A DNA stretch of 64,000 nucleotides from Diadema antillarum. Taxonomy: Eukaryota. Of this stretch, positions 50,665 to 63,353 are shown piece by piece. The stretch spans positions 434,001 to 498,000 of the forward strand of contig NW_027271242.1 in the NCBI RefSeq assembly GCF_040938485.1. The letters run 5' to 3'. Made by a program: the position numbers and the translations under genes. The notes under the pieces were generated by a model. It was not told the DNA's origin. It saw only the letters and a program-made list of their open reading frames with translations, and searched no databases. The stretch's first letter is position 1. Each line of letters starts with the position of its first letter.

Positions 50665-52582
50665 GGTGATTTCCCAAATGTTGATTCCATCAAATATGCG
50701 TATACGAGATATCTCAATTTCAACCTTAAAAAGATAAAAGCTCCATGGGAAGGGAAGGGTGGAGATAACACTCGCCCACGCCTTCTCCCTGCTCGCCCCC
50801 CGCCATGCAAAGAAGTAGACTGTGGCTATACCCAGATCGCTTTATTTCAATTCTAAAAACGCAAAAGCTCCGCGAGCGGGAGGGGAAATCCCCCTTCCCC
50901 TAAGCTCTACCTCACTAGACTTTATACATACGCACAGATGGTGCACATTCGGAATAAGAGCTAAATTCCGTGATTTTAACACTTCGATGAAAAAGTATCG
51001 CACCAAAAATTTGCACCAGATCGCGGAATTTCAGGTCTGAAAACGCAAAATCACCTTCGTGTGGGAGGGGATATGCCCCTATCTACACCCTCGTGTGCAT
51101 GCTTTTTCTGTTTGATTGCTGAACAGACAGCGTTCATGATATTCAGTGTAAGAATTGATACAAGAAGACTAGTGTATTCATATTATACCATTTCATAGGC
51201 AAATTGTTCAATAATAATCTACACTAAAATATACTGCAACCTTAAACAAGTGGGACTGTTTCAACTCGTTAAAACACGCAAAAACATGCATCAAATTGCA
51301 CCATTTGCAACATCAAAATGCAAAAAGTTCTCACCGTGGGAGGGGGGACACTCCCCTCCCACACCCTCCCCTCCCCCCTCGCTCGGGTTCAGACGCGTTC
51401 ATGATATTCAGTGAACAGAATTAATGCAAGAAGTGTATTTAAATTATACCATTTTATAGGCAAATTGTTCAATAATAATCTACACTAAAATATAGTGCTA
51501 CCTTAAACAAGTGGGACTGTTTCACGTCGATAAAACGCGCAAAAACGTGCATCAAATTGCACCATTTGCAACATCAAAATGCAAAAAGTTCTTACTGTGG
51601 GAGGGGGGACACCCCCCTCCCACACCCTCCCCTCCCCCTCGCTCGCTCCGCTCGCTCGGGTTCAGTCGCGTTCATAATATTCAGTGAAAAGAATTGATAC
51701 AAGAAGTGAATCTAAATTATACCATTTTATAGGCAAATTGTTCAATAATAATCTACATCAAAATAAACTGCTACCATAAACAAGTGGGACTGTTTCACGT
51801 CGATAAAACGCGCAAAACCATGCATCAAATTGCACCATTTGCAACATCAAAATGCAAAAAGTTCTTACTGTGGGAGGGGGGACACCCCCCTCCCACACCC
51901 TCCCCTACCCCCTCACTCGCTCCGCTCGCTCGGGTTCAGTTGCGTTCATGATATTCAGTGAAAAGAATTAATACAAGAAGTGAATCTAAAATATATACCA
52001 TTTTATAAGCAAATTGTTCAATGATTATCTACATCAAAACGAACTGCCACTATAAACAAGTAGGACTGTTTCACGTCGATAAAACGCGCAAAACCATGCA
52101 TCAAATTGCACCATTTGCAACATCAAAATGCAAAAAGTTCTTACTGTGGGAGGGGGGACACCCCCCTCCCACACCCTCCCCTACCCCCTCACTCGCTCCG
52201 CTCGCTCGGGTTCAGTTGCGTTCATGATATTCAGTGAAAAGAATTAATACAAGAAGTGAATCTAAAATATATACCATTTTATAGGCAAATTGTTCAATGA
52301 TTATCTACATCAAAACGAACTGCCACTATAAACAAGTAGGACTGTTTCACGTCGATAAAACGCGCAAAAACATGCATCAAATTGCACCATTTACAACATC
52401 CAAATGCAAAAAGTTCTTACCGTGGGAGGGGGGACACCCCCCTCCCACACCCTCCCCCCCTCGCTCGCTCCGCTCGCTCGGGCTCGGTCGCTTCGCTCCC
52501 TCGCAGACTAACCGCCCCCCCTAAGATGAAATCCTGGCTACGCCATTGCCATCAAGTAACGCAATTTGTCCCCCTTCCGCCC

Positions 52583-52634
<52 letters not shown>

Positions 52635-55183
52635 ACCACCACCACCACCACCACCACGAACACAAAGAAGTTTAAACAAGGAAAAGCATCACCTGTTTAT
52701 TAACGGTTTTCCGAATAAAGTAGTGCCGTTAACTTGTAATTAGTACTAAAAGACGTCTCTTTGGAAAAAAAAAAAGGGGGGGGCAAATTTTGGCTCAGCA
52801 TGTAGACTCTTTGAAACATATGCTGTTCATGTGCTTGGAATAGAAATTAAAGCAATGGGAGCTATCATAGACCTATACTCTAGTCACCCTGTCAAAATTA
52901 GTGTTGATTGTGTCCCACAATTTTTGCTCTTTTGCAAGACTATAAAAAAAAATCAGATATCATAATATAATATACTTCTAACAATATTACAATAAAATAA
53001 CATAAACATAAGATATGAAAGAAAGTGCCACTTTTGGTCAGTGTCAATATCACATTTCACAGTTTAATGTCTGTGCATCCCTGTGATATTTTCTCATGGA
53101 TAACGCCAACAGCGGTCAAGTCAAAGTAGCCTATCATAATACGCTTTCATGCACAATATTGTTAACTGACGTGGAATCGACATTTGAATCCGCGACAACA
53201 TCGAAATAGTTTATCACGCTCTGGCTTTCAAAGGATTTAAGCCCGAACAGTCACCAATTGACACGGTGTAAATATGGAGAAAAGCCCTAAAGAACTGAAA
53301 CGTTGGGGATAATGCAACCATGCATATTGTATGGAAATACAATATACTGTGTGGATGAATGATTTGGCCGCCACTGAGATCCTTCGGGGCATTTGTTACA
53401 CATTTTGGATTATTCTTGGCAAGGTTGCAAGCCAGACATACATATTTTACCTTGTCAATTTGACTTCAGGAAATTGTTACATGCATGTTTTCCCATCATA
53501 ATTCAATTGTATTGGGGATTAACTGAGTTCACAGAAAGGTGCCTGTGAATGAAATTGTTCGTAAGAGTTTGTTTATAAATAACTTTGTTGTATAATAATA
53601 CTCTATTGGTCACTTTCTACTTTCATGACTCTCAGCTGTTTATCCGCAGCTTCTTCAGAATGATAAAAGTGTGTATATCATGACCTTGTTAACAAGGGTC
53701 CTATTGGCTCTTATAGCGTATAAAGCTTTCAGTGGGTCCGACGCACAATATTGTATACTATGATGGCTTTGTCTTTTCAAATCTGCTTTGTGTGTTGAAG
53801 TAAATAACATGGGGTGACATACTTTTTGAGGTTACACGTAGTAATGAGGAAACCTTGAAGGTCTTACCTCAGGGCGATTGTCACTGAAGATGCCGATCTT
53901 CGAGTCGCTTGAAGGCGCGAACCCCTTCTCGATGAGAGCTGAACCAAACTGCTGTGCCCTCATGCGGACCTGCAGTTGCAATGTTGGGCGGTTTTAGTCA
54001 TGACCGTGAATTGCATTCAGTCTTATGTTAACTATAGGCCTATTTCAAATTATTTCTGTTGTAGTTTTCTGTTTTACCTTTCTTGCACATACACATCAAT
54101 ATCATAACACTGTACGAATGAAACTGACGACGATGATGATGACTGTCCATCGATTTCGACAACGACTGAGACAGTTCCTCTTGTGTCTTTAAATCATGTT
54201 CATAGTCATGATACAACAATATACTGTCAGGTTGACTATACATCTGCTACTATATATACACGGCAACTACTGATAATAGTAATAATAACGATGATATTAG
54301 TAATGATGATGATAATAACAAAACGATACAAATAATTAAAATGATTTTATTAATGACAATCAATGATAACAACAATAATAAAGACAATAATGATATTGAT
54401 AACGTAAGAACAGACAGTATATGTAAATAATGTGCATGCGTACATTGCAATTAAACCGTGATATCTTTGCAGATACCGTGACCTCCTTAGTTGGTCTAAT
54501 TTGCCGAATATTTTTCATCTAAAAGTCACAGAAATAACAATGGCAATGCATGAGGGATGGGCTTCGTCATTTGTAAGTCATAATGCAACTTATCTTAACT
54601 TACGATCCAAGAAAGATGATTCATCAATATTGATAGGTCGTTGCATTTCAAACAAAACATTTAAACCTGAACAGCCACAAGCAAAGCGTCATTTAGGAAC
54701 ATAGTTATCGTTAAATATCTTTTAACGTGACGCTGTGGTAGAAAACGCTTAGCCCGGTTTACAGCTGGATTAAGAGTCTTAACATTCGAAAGTTTCGAAC
54801 TTTTCTGTATGACCTTGACATAATTTAAGATAACTGGTTTATTTCGAACTCGTGGATTAAAATGGGGCACAAACTGCATTCTTTGTCACGATCCGTCGAA
54901 AACTCATTGAAAAGGATACAGGTACTGTGTGTTCGTGAAATGCTACCCACTCTTAAACTGCTTAAGTCTTTTGTTTGCGACATGAGTTGATTCATCCAGA
55001 ATCTTGCATTAGACACAAATACGAAGACAAACAAAGCAAGCAGTAATGTAACATCATTCATTATCATGCTTCGATCGGCCGATCATTACCATTTTTTTGT
55101 TGTAAACAAACAGAGTTTAAGTTGACACAACACCCACAAATACAAATGTCATTAGAATATCATAGTAACATGTGTGTGTGTGT

Positions 55184-55214
<31 letters not shown>

Positions 55215-57908
55215 AGTGTGTGTGTATGTTTACAAACGTCAATATCCATACCTCGAGATATGACATCCATTCGTAATGCTTCTCCCCACGCGGTCTCCAA
55301 CCCAAGCAAGGTCCATTGTCTGTATACATAATGAGAACAATTAATTTGCGACTTGTACATTATCTTTATACGGTTTTCCCCTTTTTACCAGTTTCATCAT
55401 TTTTTTTTAACTTACAGTATACCTGCAAAAGATGATAACATTATTGCTTTTCACTTGATATGGACATAAACTACACCAATGTGGATCGAGTTGTTAATAA
55501 AGACAAATGACACAGAGCGCAGCTTTTGCAACTAAACGAGTGAGGGGGAATTATAGTTATGATACAATATAGTGCTTACCGAATGAAAGCAAAATAAAAA
55601 AAAAAAGAGAGAGAGGAAACGGAATACTAAAGACAGACGGGGACTGAGGAAGAAAGTGGTTTGTTTTTTCTTCATTGTTATTATTTCTGACAGACTTGAC
55701 TGTACGAGGGGATACATTGTGAAGGGTTATAGTCCCGGAACACTAGCATGTGCTCAATTTTGAAATCAATATACTCCCTATATTGATTATCAATTTTTGC
55801 GAGGTGCCTGAAACATTAAAAAAAGTATTTTTATTTCAGAGTCAGAAGCACACAAAGCAAAATCAGAAAAAAAAACATTCTTAAAATGGGATCTCCAACA
55901 GAAGCAATCTTGTGAGAGAGTGACCCTATTGTGCATTAGTACACTATTTGAAGATTATGTAAACTCAAACTTGCAGAAGTTAAAAGAAAAATGTTCAGGA
56001 GATCATAAAAATGCTAAAAACAGATTAAAGTCATGAAGGTATAATAAAGAAATGAGAAAGAAGCTGGAGGACAGACTACAGGTCAGTGAGGCGACAATAC
56101 AGTGTATATGAAAAAAAAAATCTAATCATAAGCATTAATTATTGTTCTTTACCTACCAATGTATACGATGGGACATATGCCACTGTCAATGTATTTATGG
56201 TATATGGGCCTACTTCATTACATGAAGTTATATCAGTTAGATATAATATAATCTTCCCACAATTTTAAGCATTAAATTTTGACGTAAAGTTAGCCCTTGA
56301 TTGTAAGTCCTTCTAATATCCTATTAATTTCTGTCTTGGTGTCAGAAGCAACATCAACACCAACAAATATTTTCGCCCTTTCTTTGGAGACTATGGAAAT
56401 CGAATCAGTATACATTAAACATTTCAACCATTTTATTAAGGGTTAGGATTTAACGACTTTCAAAGGTTTGCAATTTTTGTGAAAAGGTGATCGGAATGAG
56501 GATTATAGTCCTTGGATAGAATTCCCCTTTCTTTTATATTATTTAAAGATTTACACATTCCTCAGCCAGAACAAAACAATGAAGGAAAGCTTTATGTTTG
56601 ATACACTGAACAGCGGAAGGCTTGAATGAGCAAACCAGAGACTGTGCATTCTGGACGAACTCGTTCTGTGCAATTTGTGGAGCATTGTAAGCGTAGATTC
56701 ATAGTATAACTTAATGCATTACACTGCAAATTACAGGAAATCATACATAATTATTGAATGACAGCTGCTATAGTTAAAGGACATTGCTTCCAAGTTCTTA
56801 CTGGAAGTTTGCTCTCCCCTTAGAAATCCTTCGTATGTTGTGGACGCATCGTCGTAAAATTTGTCCAGGTAGAACTCCTTTCTTACGAAGTTGGATATCG
56901 GCGACACGTGAATTCGTTCGGGTCCCTATTATGGGAGAGTACACAGGAGTACATTCGTCACATTATGTGTAAAGGGGCCGGGACTAGGGACAAAATAATA
57001 TCTGACAATCTCGAAACGACTTATGGATCCATTCACACATAGAACTGAAGTACTTGTAAGTTATTTGCAACAGCCACAGCTTTTACTGTTTCGTCTACTT
57101 CATTCCACCACCGCTAACGACGTTATAAACTATTATTCTCTAAATTTCTTCCTTGTGTACTACAACTATATCACCCCTTGGCTACCAATGTACCAACAGG
57201 CATTACAATCTGGTAACTATATACTGTCAGCACTTCAGTTGAAGTTGAAGTTCATTATCTATATCCACATGTTTACATGGCATATACAATACATAACAAA
57301 AGACATATGCATGAATACAGAAAATAGCATGAATGCTAATCGAGTCCGATACCTGCCCTGTCTGATACAATAGGCGTTTTCACATCAGCCCGATAAAAAT
57401 CTAAGCTCGAGATATTTTTCGCAGAAAATAGTCAGCAAAACAGCGCGCTATTTCAAAACATCGGGCTGATGTGAAAACGCCTATTGGTTCTAAAAAGGCA
57501 ATAAGTACAGTGCAGTGGATAGCTCTACGTAGTTTGAAAATACATGAAACATGAACATATTTACAAGCATTTATTCTGCCATGGCTATACACGATCCAGT
57601 TTTTTGGTTTGTCTGCTGCGTCAAGCAGACAAACCTTCTTCGACCTCAAGGTCATTTCTAAACTTCTGGGAGAAACGAGGGAATTCAATCATAAAATCGG
57701 CCTATTTGTATACATTGTCAGAAGGCCTATTATTACGATGAAGTCACTTCGGGTGACAGATTTCTGGATATAACGCTGCATGGTCCGCTTTGGACCACAA
57801 TGAAGGTGATATACATACATCTGGGTACACCGACTGCTGATCCAGATCAATGACTTTCTTCGTGAAGGGGTGCATCACTTCTATATTATCGTCCGAAGTT
57901 TCTGCCAT
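33839..57908 (-). CDS. ACSL: Long-chain-fatty-acid--CoA ligase, ACSL1/5/6-like, divergent paralog, about 667 aa
   Basis: 19 coding exons: 57819-57908, 56802-56925, 55252-55319, 53868-53969, 48434-48533, 46882-47090, 45691-45742, 45202-45275, 43777-43854, 43089-43223, 42092-42177, 41285-41339, 40625-40720, 39038-39199, 38001-38117, 37183-37326, 36332-36433, 35432-35503, 33839-33976 (2004 nt, frame continuous to TAG; last intron GC-AG). Motifs [51 protein letters not shown] and GLLTPTGK are present. The start Met is the least certain part. Confidence 0.92.
34829..35273. mobile_element. tRNA-derived SINE, one intact-head copy plus one copy with an inverted head
   Basis: Minus-strand tRNA-like head 34924-34994 with A box TGGTCTAGTGG and B box GGTTCAAATCC, continuing into a non-tRNA body. 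The head is repeated inverted at 35186-35273 and the body is repeated directly (34829-34904 and 35097-35172). Confidence 0.72.
35650..35835. repeat. Degenerate MITE-like element with telomere-like (CCTAAC/CCTAAT)n tract
   Basis: CCTTACCCTAATCCTAATCCTGAAGCCTAATCCTAACCCTAACCCTA at about 35698-35744, bounded by GGACAAT/ATTGTCC-type inverted motifs. Confidence 0.45.
38690..39026. mobile_element. Non-autonomous DNA element built of GTTCGTTATTCCGAA repeats
   Basis: Multiple GGTTCGTT(A/T)ATCCGAA units in both orientations. Ends GGCGACATTTGTTATTCCGA and TCGGGAATAACGAACTGTAACC are imperfect inverted repeats. Confidence 0.6.
43530..43752. repeat. Degenerate pyrimidine-rich minisatellite (TCTTCCAAT-like units)
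   Basis: Recurrent TTCCAATC/TCTTCCAA/ATTCCAA units just inside the intron downstream of ACSL exon 9. Confidence 0.5.
49316..49488. other. Assembly gap (173 N) in ACSL intron 4
   Basis: Run of N. The flanking exons join as ...DNRPE|WVITD..., colinear with ACSL homologs, so no coding exon needs to be hidden here. Confidence 0.97.
50238..52548. mobile_element. hAT-type non-autonomous transposon (2.3 kb) containing a 5-unit ~275-bp tandem array
   Basis: TIRs CACTGGCGTAGCCAGG / CCTGGCTACGCCATTG; perfect 8-bp TSD CCATCAAG (50230-50237 and 52549-52556). No transposase ORF. Confidence 0.88.
51132..52485 (+). repeat. Tandem array of five ~265-276-bp units
   Basis: Units begin GTTCAT(G/A)ATATTCAGTG at 51132, 51397, 51670, 51944 and 52220. 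The duplicated ORFs at 52021 and 52297 are 276 bp apart. Confidence 0.92.
57371..57483. mobile_element. Small palindromic MITE
   Basis: TAGGCGTTTTCACATCAGCCCGAT ... ATCGGGCTGATGTGAAAACGCCTA, a perfect 24-bp inverted repeat; in ACSL intron 1. Confidence 0.8.
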
Positions 57909-59225
57909 GGTTGTCCCAGTAATGGAGCGAGCGTAATCTGTGCCTGATCTCGTTCCTTGCACGTCGATGAGTGAACAAAGCACAGACGATTCCAGTTCTA
58001 CCTCTCGACACAAATAAAGTCGCACGAAACACAATGTATCCATAAAGGCGTAAAGCTATACCGTCGACAGAGAAAAAAAAAAACTGTCAGTGCCAATCCT
58101 ATTCGTTTCTATTCTTTCAGGTCTCCACACATCAGTGCTCAGTATAAATCGCCTTACCCGTATCTTCTCGAGTGTCGGACAACCATAATGGGGGAAATTT
58201 GTGAAAGGAAACAATGTTATTTAGACGCGTTGCGCTGAATTACTTTTCTTGTATTACCTGAGAGACGCACCTATATGTTTAAAGTGCTATTCAACACCAG
58301 TATGCCCATAATATTTATGTTGGCTCTAATAAGCAGAGTAACATCAGAGGGGGGGGGGGGGTATGGGAGACGTTTCATCGGCAGACCTTTATTAAGATAT
58401 AGTTATGACATCTTTTAGTTTATAGTTTTCGAGAAACAATGATGATTGGAGCAATCGTGTATACGCAGATTGGAGGAGGTATATCATTGTCGTCCCTTTC
58501 ACGTCTCAATCTGACCTGTATAAATCATATAACTCTCCAACGTGACAAATCGCACATGTAAAAAAAAAGTTGTGGAATTTTAAATTATAGTTTCACATGC
58601 TTTCATCAAAATTACGACAAACGACTTTGGAAATGGTGTTGATCCAATCACCTTAACAATATAAAGGAGAGTACCACAGCACATGTGATGCCATAATCAT
58701 TCATCACCCTGTAGAAACTGGTTCTATACAACTTTAAAAATAAAAACACACAACTTCACCTGGCCCGATTGTTTATGCTCGCACCTGGTTCTAGTCCAAG
58801 CTATTGTAACAAAAGACTATGACATCATCACTTCTGTACTTTTTTTATCCATTCGATCATTAAACTGATATTATGGAGCTTTATACTTTGGTCGAGGAAT
58901 TAACAAATGCAACCTCAGTGGTTGAGAAGATGATGTCATCACCTCAGAATTCTCCTTTCGGTCTGTACACATGAATAATGCTTAATTTACGAAATTCATA
59001 TCTTGGTCGATGATTTATCATTCCTAACCATTTCTCCCGTCGTTGTTATATTATAATTATAGACTGATACAGTACATGGTCCAAGGATAAATCTTTATAG
59101 CTGATTTCACGTCAAACAGAAGAAATTTAAGATTTATGCCCATTTTAATGGAAAACTTGTTAAGCTGTGCAGGATGACACTAGCTGCTTCATAAGACAAC
59201 AAGGGAAACCTCTATACGGATCTAA

Positions 59226-59380
59226 GGCCCGTTGCATAAAAGTTACAATTATGGTAACTTTGCCATCCAATGGTAACGTCCATGGAATTCTTGATTTTGA
59301 TTGGCTGTTGAGTATTGTTGCCATGGTAGTTACCATTGGATGGCAAAGTTACCATAATAGTAACTTTTATGCAACGGGCT
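59226..59380. mobile_element. Harbinger-like palindromic MITE
   Basis: About 50-bp near-perfect TIRs GCCCGTTGCATAAAAGTTAC.ATTATGGTAACTTTGCCATCCAATGGTAAC. Confidence 0.78.
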
Positions 59381-59901
59381 GCATGGCGCACTGTTAGTCT
59401 GATTTCATTAGGCCTACATCATATTTTGATGAAAGCCACATTGGGCATCGGGGAGTGGAATTGCACACTTGTACTGCAATTACAGACAAAAAAAAAAAAA
59501 TGTGCAGACCATGGGAATTAGGAGGAGGTATCAGGTTTACTAATTCATATTTACTTGACGAAAGTCGTATTTGCGGAGTTATGGCAGCGTCAGTTGTCAT
59601 TCACACACTGCATTTCGTTTTGATCATAGCGCCCTCCGGCTGGTTGGGTTGCCATACATGACACCTCCAATGAGGAGCAACAAAGACACATAAAAGTGGG
59701 GTGTTTTCTCCGTTCATTTTGACTGTTTCAATGACGGTCAGCGACTCATGGTAATATAATCACTATTGTTACCCCTTTACCTGTTCGTTCGCTTCAACCA
59801 TGTAGAGCCAACAGATGGGAGACTGTTTTAGTATCGAAAATTGGAATTATCACTCAGCACACGCACACACACGCGCGCACACACACAGCACCACCACCAC
59901 C

Positions 59902-59932
<31 letters not shown>

Positions 59933-61129
59933 CCAACACCAACACCAACCAACCTAATAAGAAATTACATCGTAAAAGGCAAGCGCTGATTTTAGTTGTG
60001 GTAGGATATTCAGACATTCCTTTTTTTCACTACCAGCTTTTGGGGTGTTTACTTTTAGTAAATCATTATTCTCAGCTCTTATTTGTGTTTTCTTGAAAGA
60101 GAGGTCTACCTGTGCGTTTTGAATGCCACAAAACTTTTTTTTTTTAATGGGGGGGGGGGGGGTGGAGGGGTAAGATTGAAAATGTGCAGCTTTTTCAGAG
60201 TGAGAAATCTGCCCTCCAAGAAATATTATACATAATCATACACAAAAAGTTATATTTATTACAATTTTTGTTAAACTAATCATTATCATTTTCATTATGA
60301 TAGTGAATTCATGATGAGTCCTAAGATCGAGTTCTAAGAGTAAGAGGACTCGTGTATTCATATGGAAAGTTAAAGGGACATTCCAGATGATTTTCATAAT
60401 TTCACATCATGTAGGCCTAGTACATAAATCGACAGCTTCATGCATAGATTCGTGGAATTTATTGTGGTCCTTGAGTAGAGAAACTAATAAACTGAAAATC
60501 TTTAAAAAAACAAATTACACTGAACAGTGTTGATGACATCAGAGCCTCACATATGTGTTCACTTTGACATATTGGTTGTTTAAAAATGTTGTCCATTCAG
60601 TGGCCATTTTTGTGTGGTGGAAAGTGCTTTTGTGTGGGACTTTTGATTTAGTGACCAAGATGATGTGCATATCAAGTTCTTCTTTGTTGTGAAGACATTC
60701 ACTTGCTTATGTGCATGTGATTAGTAAGGGGCATTGTAGCACACCTGTGTACAAAAATTGTTTATTTGTAGAGGGTGAATTTTTGTGTGCGGCCTTTGAC
60801 AGAAATGGGTACTTTCTTTTGCTGTCCAGTGTAGTAAACATACAGCACAACACTATACGACAACAGGCATTTCTTAGGGCGTACATGAAACCCCCAAAAA
60901 GGAAAAATGAAGGTTAAATTACCAGGTGTTATTATTCCTGTCCCATCGTGTATAAAACATACGTGTATAACTTTAACATAGCTTTATGAGGGTGATACAG
61001 GTGTTTGTTTGTGGAAAGAGTTTGGAATTGCAGGATTCAGAATACATCATCTCTCTATTATGTATGAAATTTATCTTGCAGGGAATCCAGCAGAAGCTCA
61101 GCACTAAGGATCCGTTCACTACTGACTTT

Positions 61130-61520
61130 CCACAAGCAGGAATATTTATGCGTGTGGTATGTGGTGACAGTACGCTTTGACTGGCGTCGCCTTCGCTTCC
61201 AGCAACGATTCTCTGCAGGCTGACACGTACACCTGCGCATCGACGGAATGCATTTTTTTTATCGGACGTATACGCGTACCCATATCTGTGTATTGGTATT
61301 TTGTGAAATTACGTCATCGGTTTAGCTGGCAGTAACTCCGTGCACCTTGCACTGTATGGTTTCAAACGGACTTCAGTATCCAGAGTAAGTCACTATTTGA
61401 ATACCTGCTCATTTTAGAGCTTATCTGGCCGAGTTTTCTAAATATGTCGCAACCTGCTACGTCTGCCTACCATCGCCGCGCATCAATATCGGCCATCTGA
61501 TTCGTGTTATGCACATGTAA
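61130..61520. promoter_or_regulatory. CpG-rich promoter region of the CCDC177-like gene, possibly bidirectional
   Basis: Local CpG enrichment; plus-strand donor AGA|GTAAGT at 61384/61385; a weaker minus-strand donor CAG|GTGTAC at 61233/61232. Confidence 0.45.
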
Positions 61521-61973
61521 ACATACACTAACTGCAGTTTAATGTAGTCCCACACATACCTTTTCATGTGAGCATATAGTGATATTTCACTACAGTTTCA
61601 GTTCCGTTCAATTTCAGACATTTGCATGTTGCAAACATGATCTTGAAGTTGATGTAGGGATGTCAGTGGGGAGAAAACCCTCAGAATTTAATTGCATAAT
61701 TGTGTTTGTACTCAACTATCAACTGATGTAGCTGAAAGCACCTCCTCAGCTCAGCAGAGGGACCCGGGACTTACAATCGTGACAATGCATGGTCAATGAC
61801 AATGATATTACATAATTATCTGACCCTGTCTTGTTCTATAGTAGACTAGGTGTAAATATATTATTACATTGGACAAAATAAGTACTGGGTTTCTGATCCT
61901 TGGTTTTTATCATTGCACCTTTCCAGTTGCAGAAGGTTGAGCTTGTGTTCCCCAACAAGAGACCATCCCAGTG

Positions 61974-63248
61974 ATGGATCACCGGGGGATCCTGAACTCC
62001 TCCAGCAATGCCGACATACCTGTGGAGGAATGGAGGTCATCCCTCCTGGAGAAGAAGATTGACCTCTACAACTTTGAGAGTGTTGCTGCAGAGGACTGCC
62101 CCTACATCCTCAGCAGCCCACGGTCACTACGAGCCTGTGCCCGCATGAAAATTCAGGTACACCACAGTATGATACAGTAATAATGATAATATAATAATGA
62201 AATTTTTATAGCACATATAACAAATGAATGTTCCCCATGCGCTTTACAATCTCATCACGAAACATATTATAATTAACAATTTACTTTCAATATACACTCA
62301 CATGTACAAAGAAAAAAAAAAAATTAATTCACAAATAGAAAAGTCTTTAAAGAAGATTTGAATGAGACCAGTGAAGACGACTGACGGATATGTTGTGGTA
62401 GTGAGTTCACAATCTTGGGGCAGCAACTGAAAAAGACCTGTCACCATAAAACTTTGTATTAACTTTAGGAATGTGGAGAAGGGATTGATGTTCCAGTACA
62501 AAGGGAGGAGTGTATAAAATGCGATGAAATGTGTCATTGTGTTAATGTAGTGTTGACTCTGTTAAGCAATGTGGAATCCCAACTGTTTATAATTCCAGTG
62601 TAGACTTGGTGTCAAGAGAATGTGTAAAACGAAATGACTACAAAATATTCTTGGATTATTTATATACGTGTTATATGTTGTGGAGGAAGATATGATAGAA
62701 ATGTCATAGATATCAACATAATTGTTTGTTTGTATCTTTTTTTTTGGGGGGGGGGCACATGTCTAATAGGTCATTGATGGAAGACCACTTCAAATGACTA
62801 GGTACCTGTGAAAAGCTACACAGGCATGCTGAAGGATAAATTCACAAAGGATTTTACAGAGATCAAAGGATGAAAGATTTAAAAGACGGGTCTGTGGAAC
62901 TGGGGAATGGGCTGCAGCAACCTCCACTTTTCTTCTTTCAAAAAATTTGAAAATAAAAACAGAAACGAGAAAAATCACAAGAAAGTGAATCCTACATCAT
63001 GGTTATCCTTGTATGCATAAATTTGCTCAGTATGTTGCATGATTTTTGCGCTGCATTGAATCTTGATCTGCAGAATGTATATTAATGTATTCATATGCAA
63101 AGTGAAGAATATTGACTGCTCTGTCCTCAGCCCATTGAGCTCTTGAGTAAGCCGGAATCTGACTTCGAGGAGGAGCTCCTAGCAGCGGGTCATCAGCCGG
63201 GTGAAACTTCCAGAAAGCTGTATGATGCCCATGAAAGACAGAGACTGA
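61974..63248 (+). CDS. CCDC177: CCDC177/CCDC185-like coiled-coil protein; first two coding exons, gene continues beyond the right edge
   Basis: Exons 61974-62156 (CAG|GTAC donor) and 63131-63248 (A|GTAAGT donor). KIDLYNFE...YILSSPRSLRACARMKIQ|PIELL...LYDAHERQRL resembles the CCDC177 N-terminal signature (LDLFNF...YVLTSPRSLEACAR..VKPVELL...LYEAYE) as recalled from the family. Probable 5'UTR exon ends at 61384 (AGA|GTAAGT). Confidence 0.82.
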
Positions 63249-63353
63249 GTAAGTCAGCATGTTGCAGCATTCACATACTTATTCTGTCATGATAGATGAT
63301 AGTACCTCACTCTCTGATAAAGCATAGGTGGTCTTTAGTGGAATAAAGCTTGA

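Noticed and set aside
51132-52485. CRISPR-like or coding tandem repeat (duplicated ORFs at 52021 and 52297)
   Set aside because: The units are contiguous ~275-bp repeats with no unique spacers, in a eukaryotic intron; the ORFs are by-products of the repeat.
60308-60356. Hammerhead-ribozyme-like TGATGAGTCC...GGAC
   Set aside because: It lacks the leading C and the GAAA after stem II; it is only a short hairpin.
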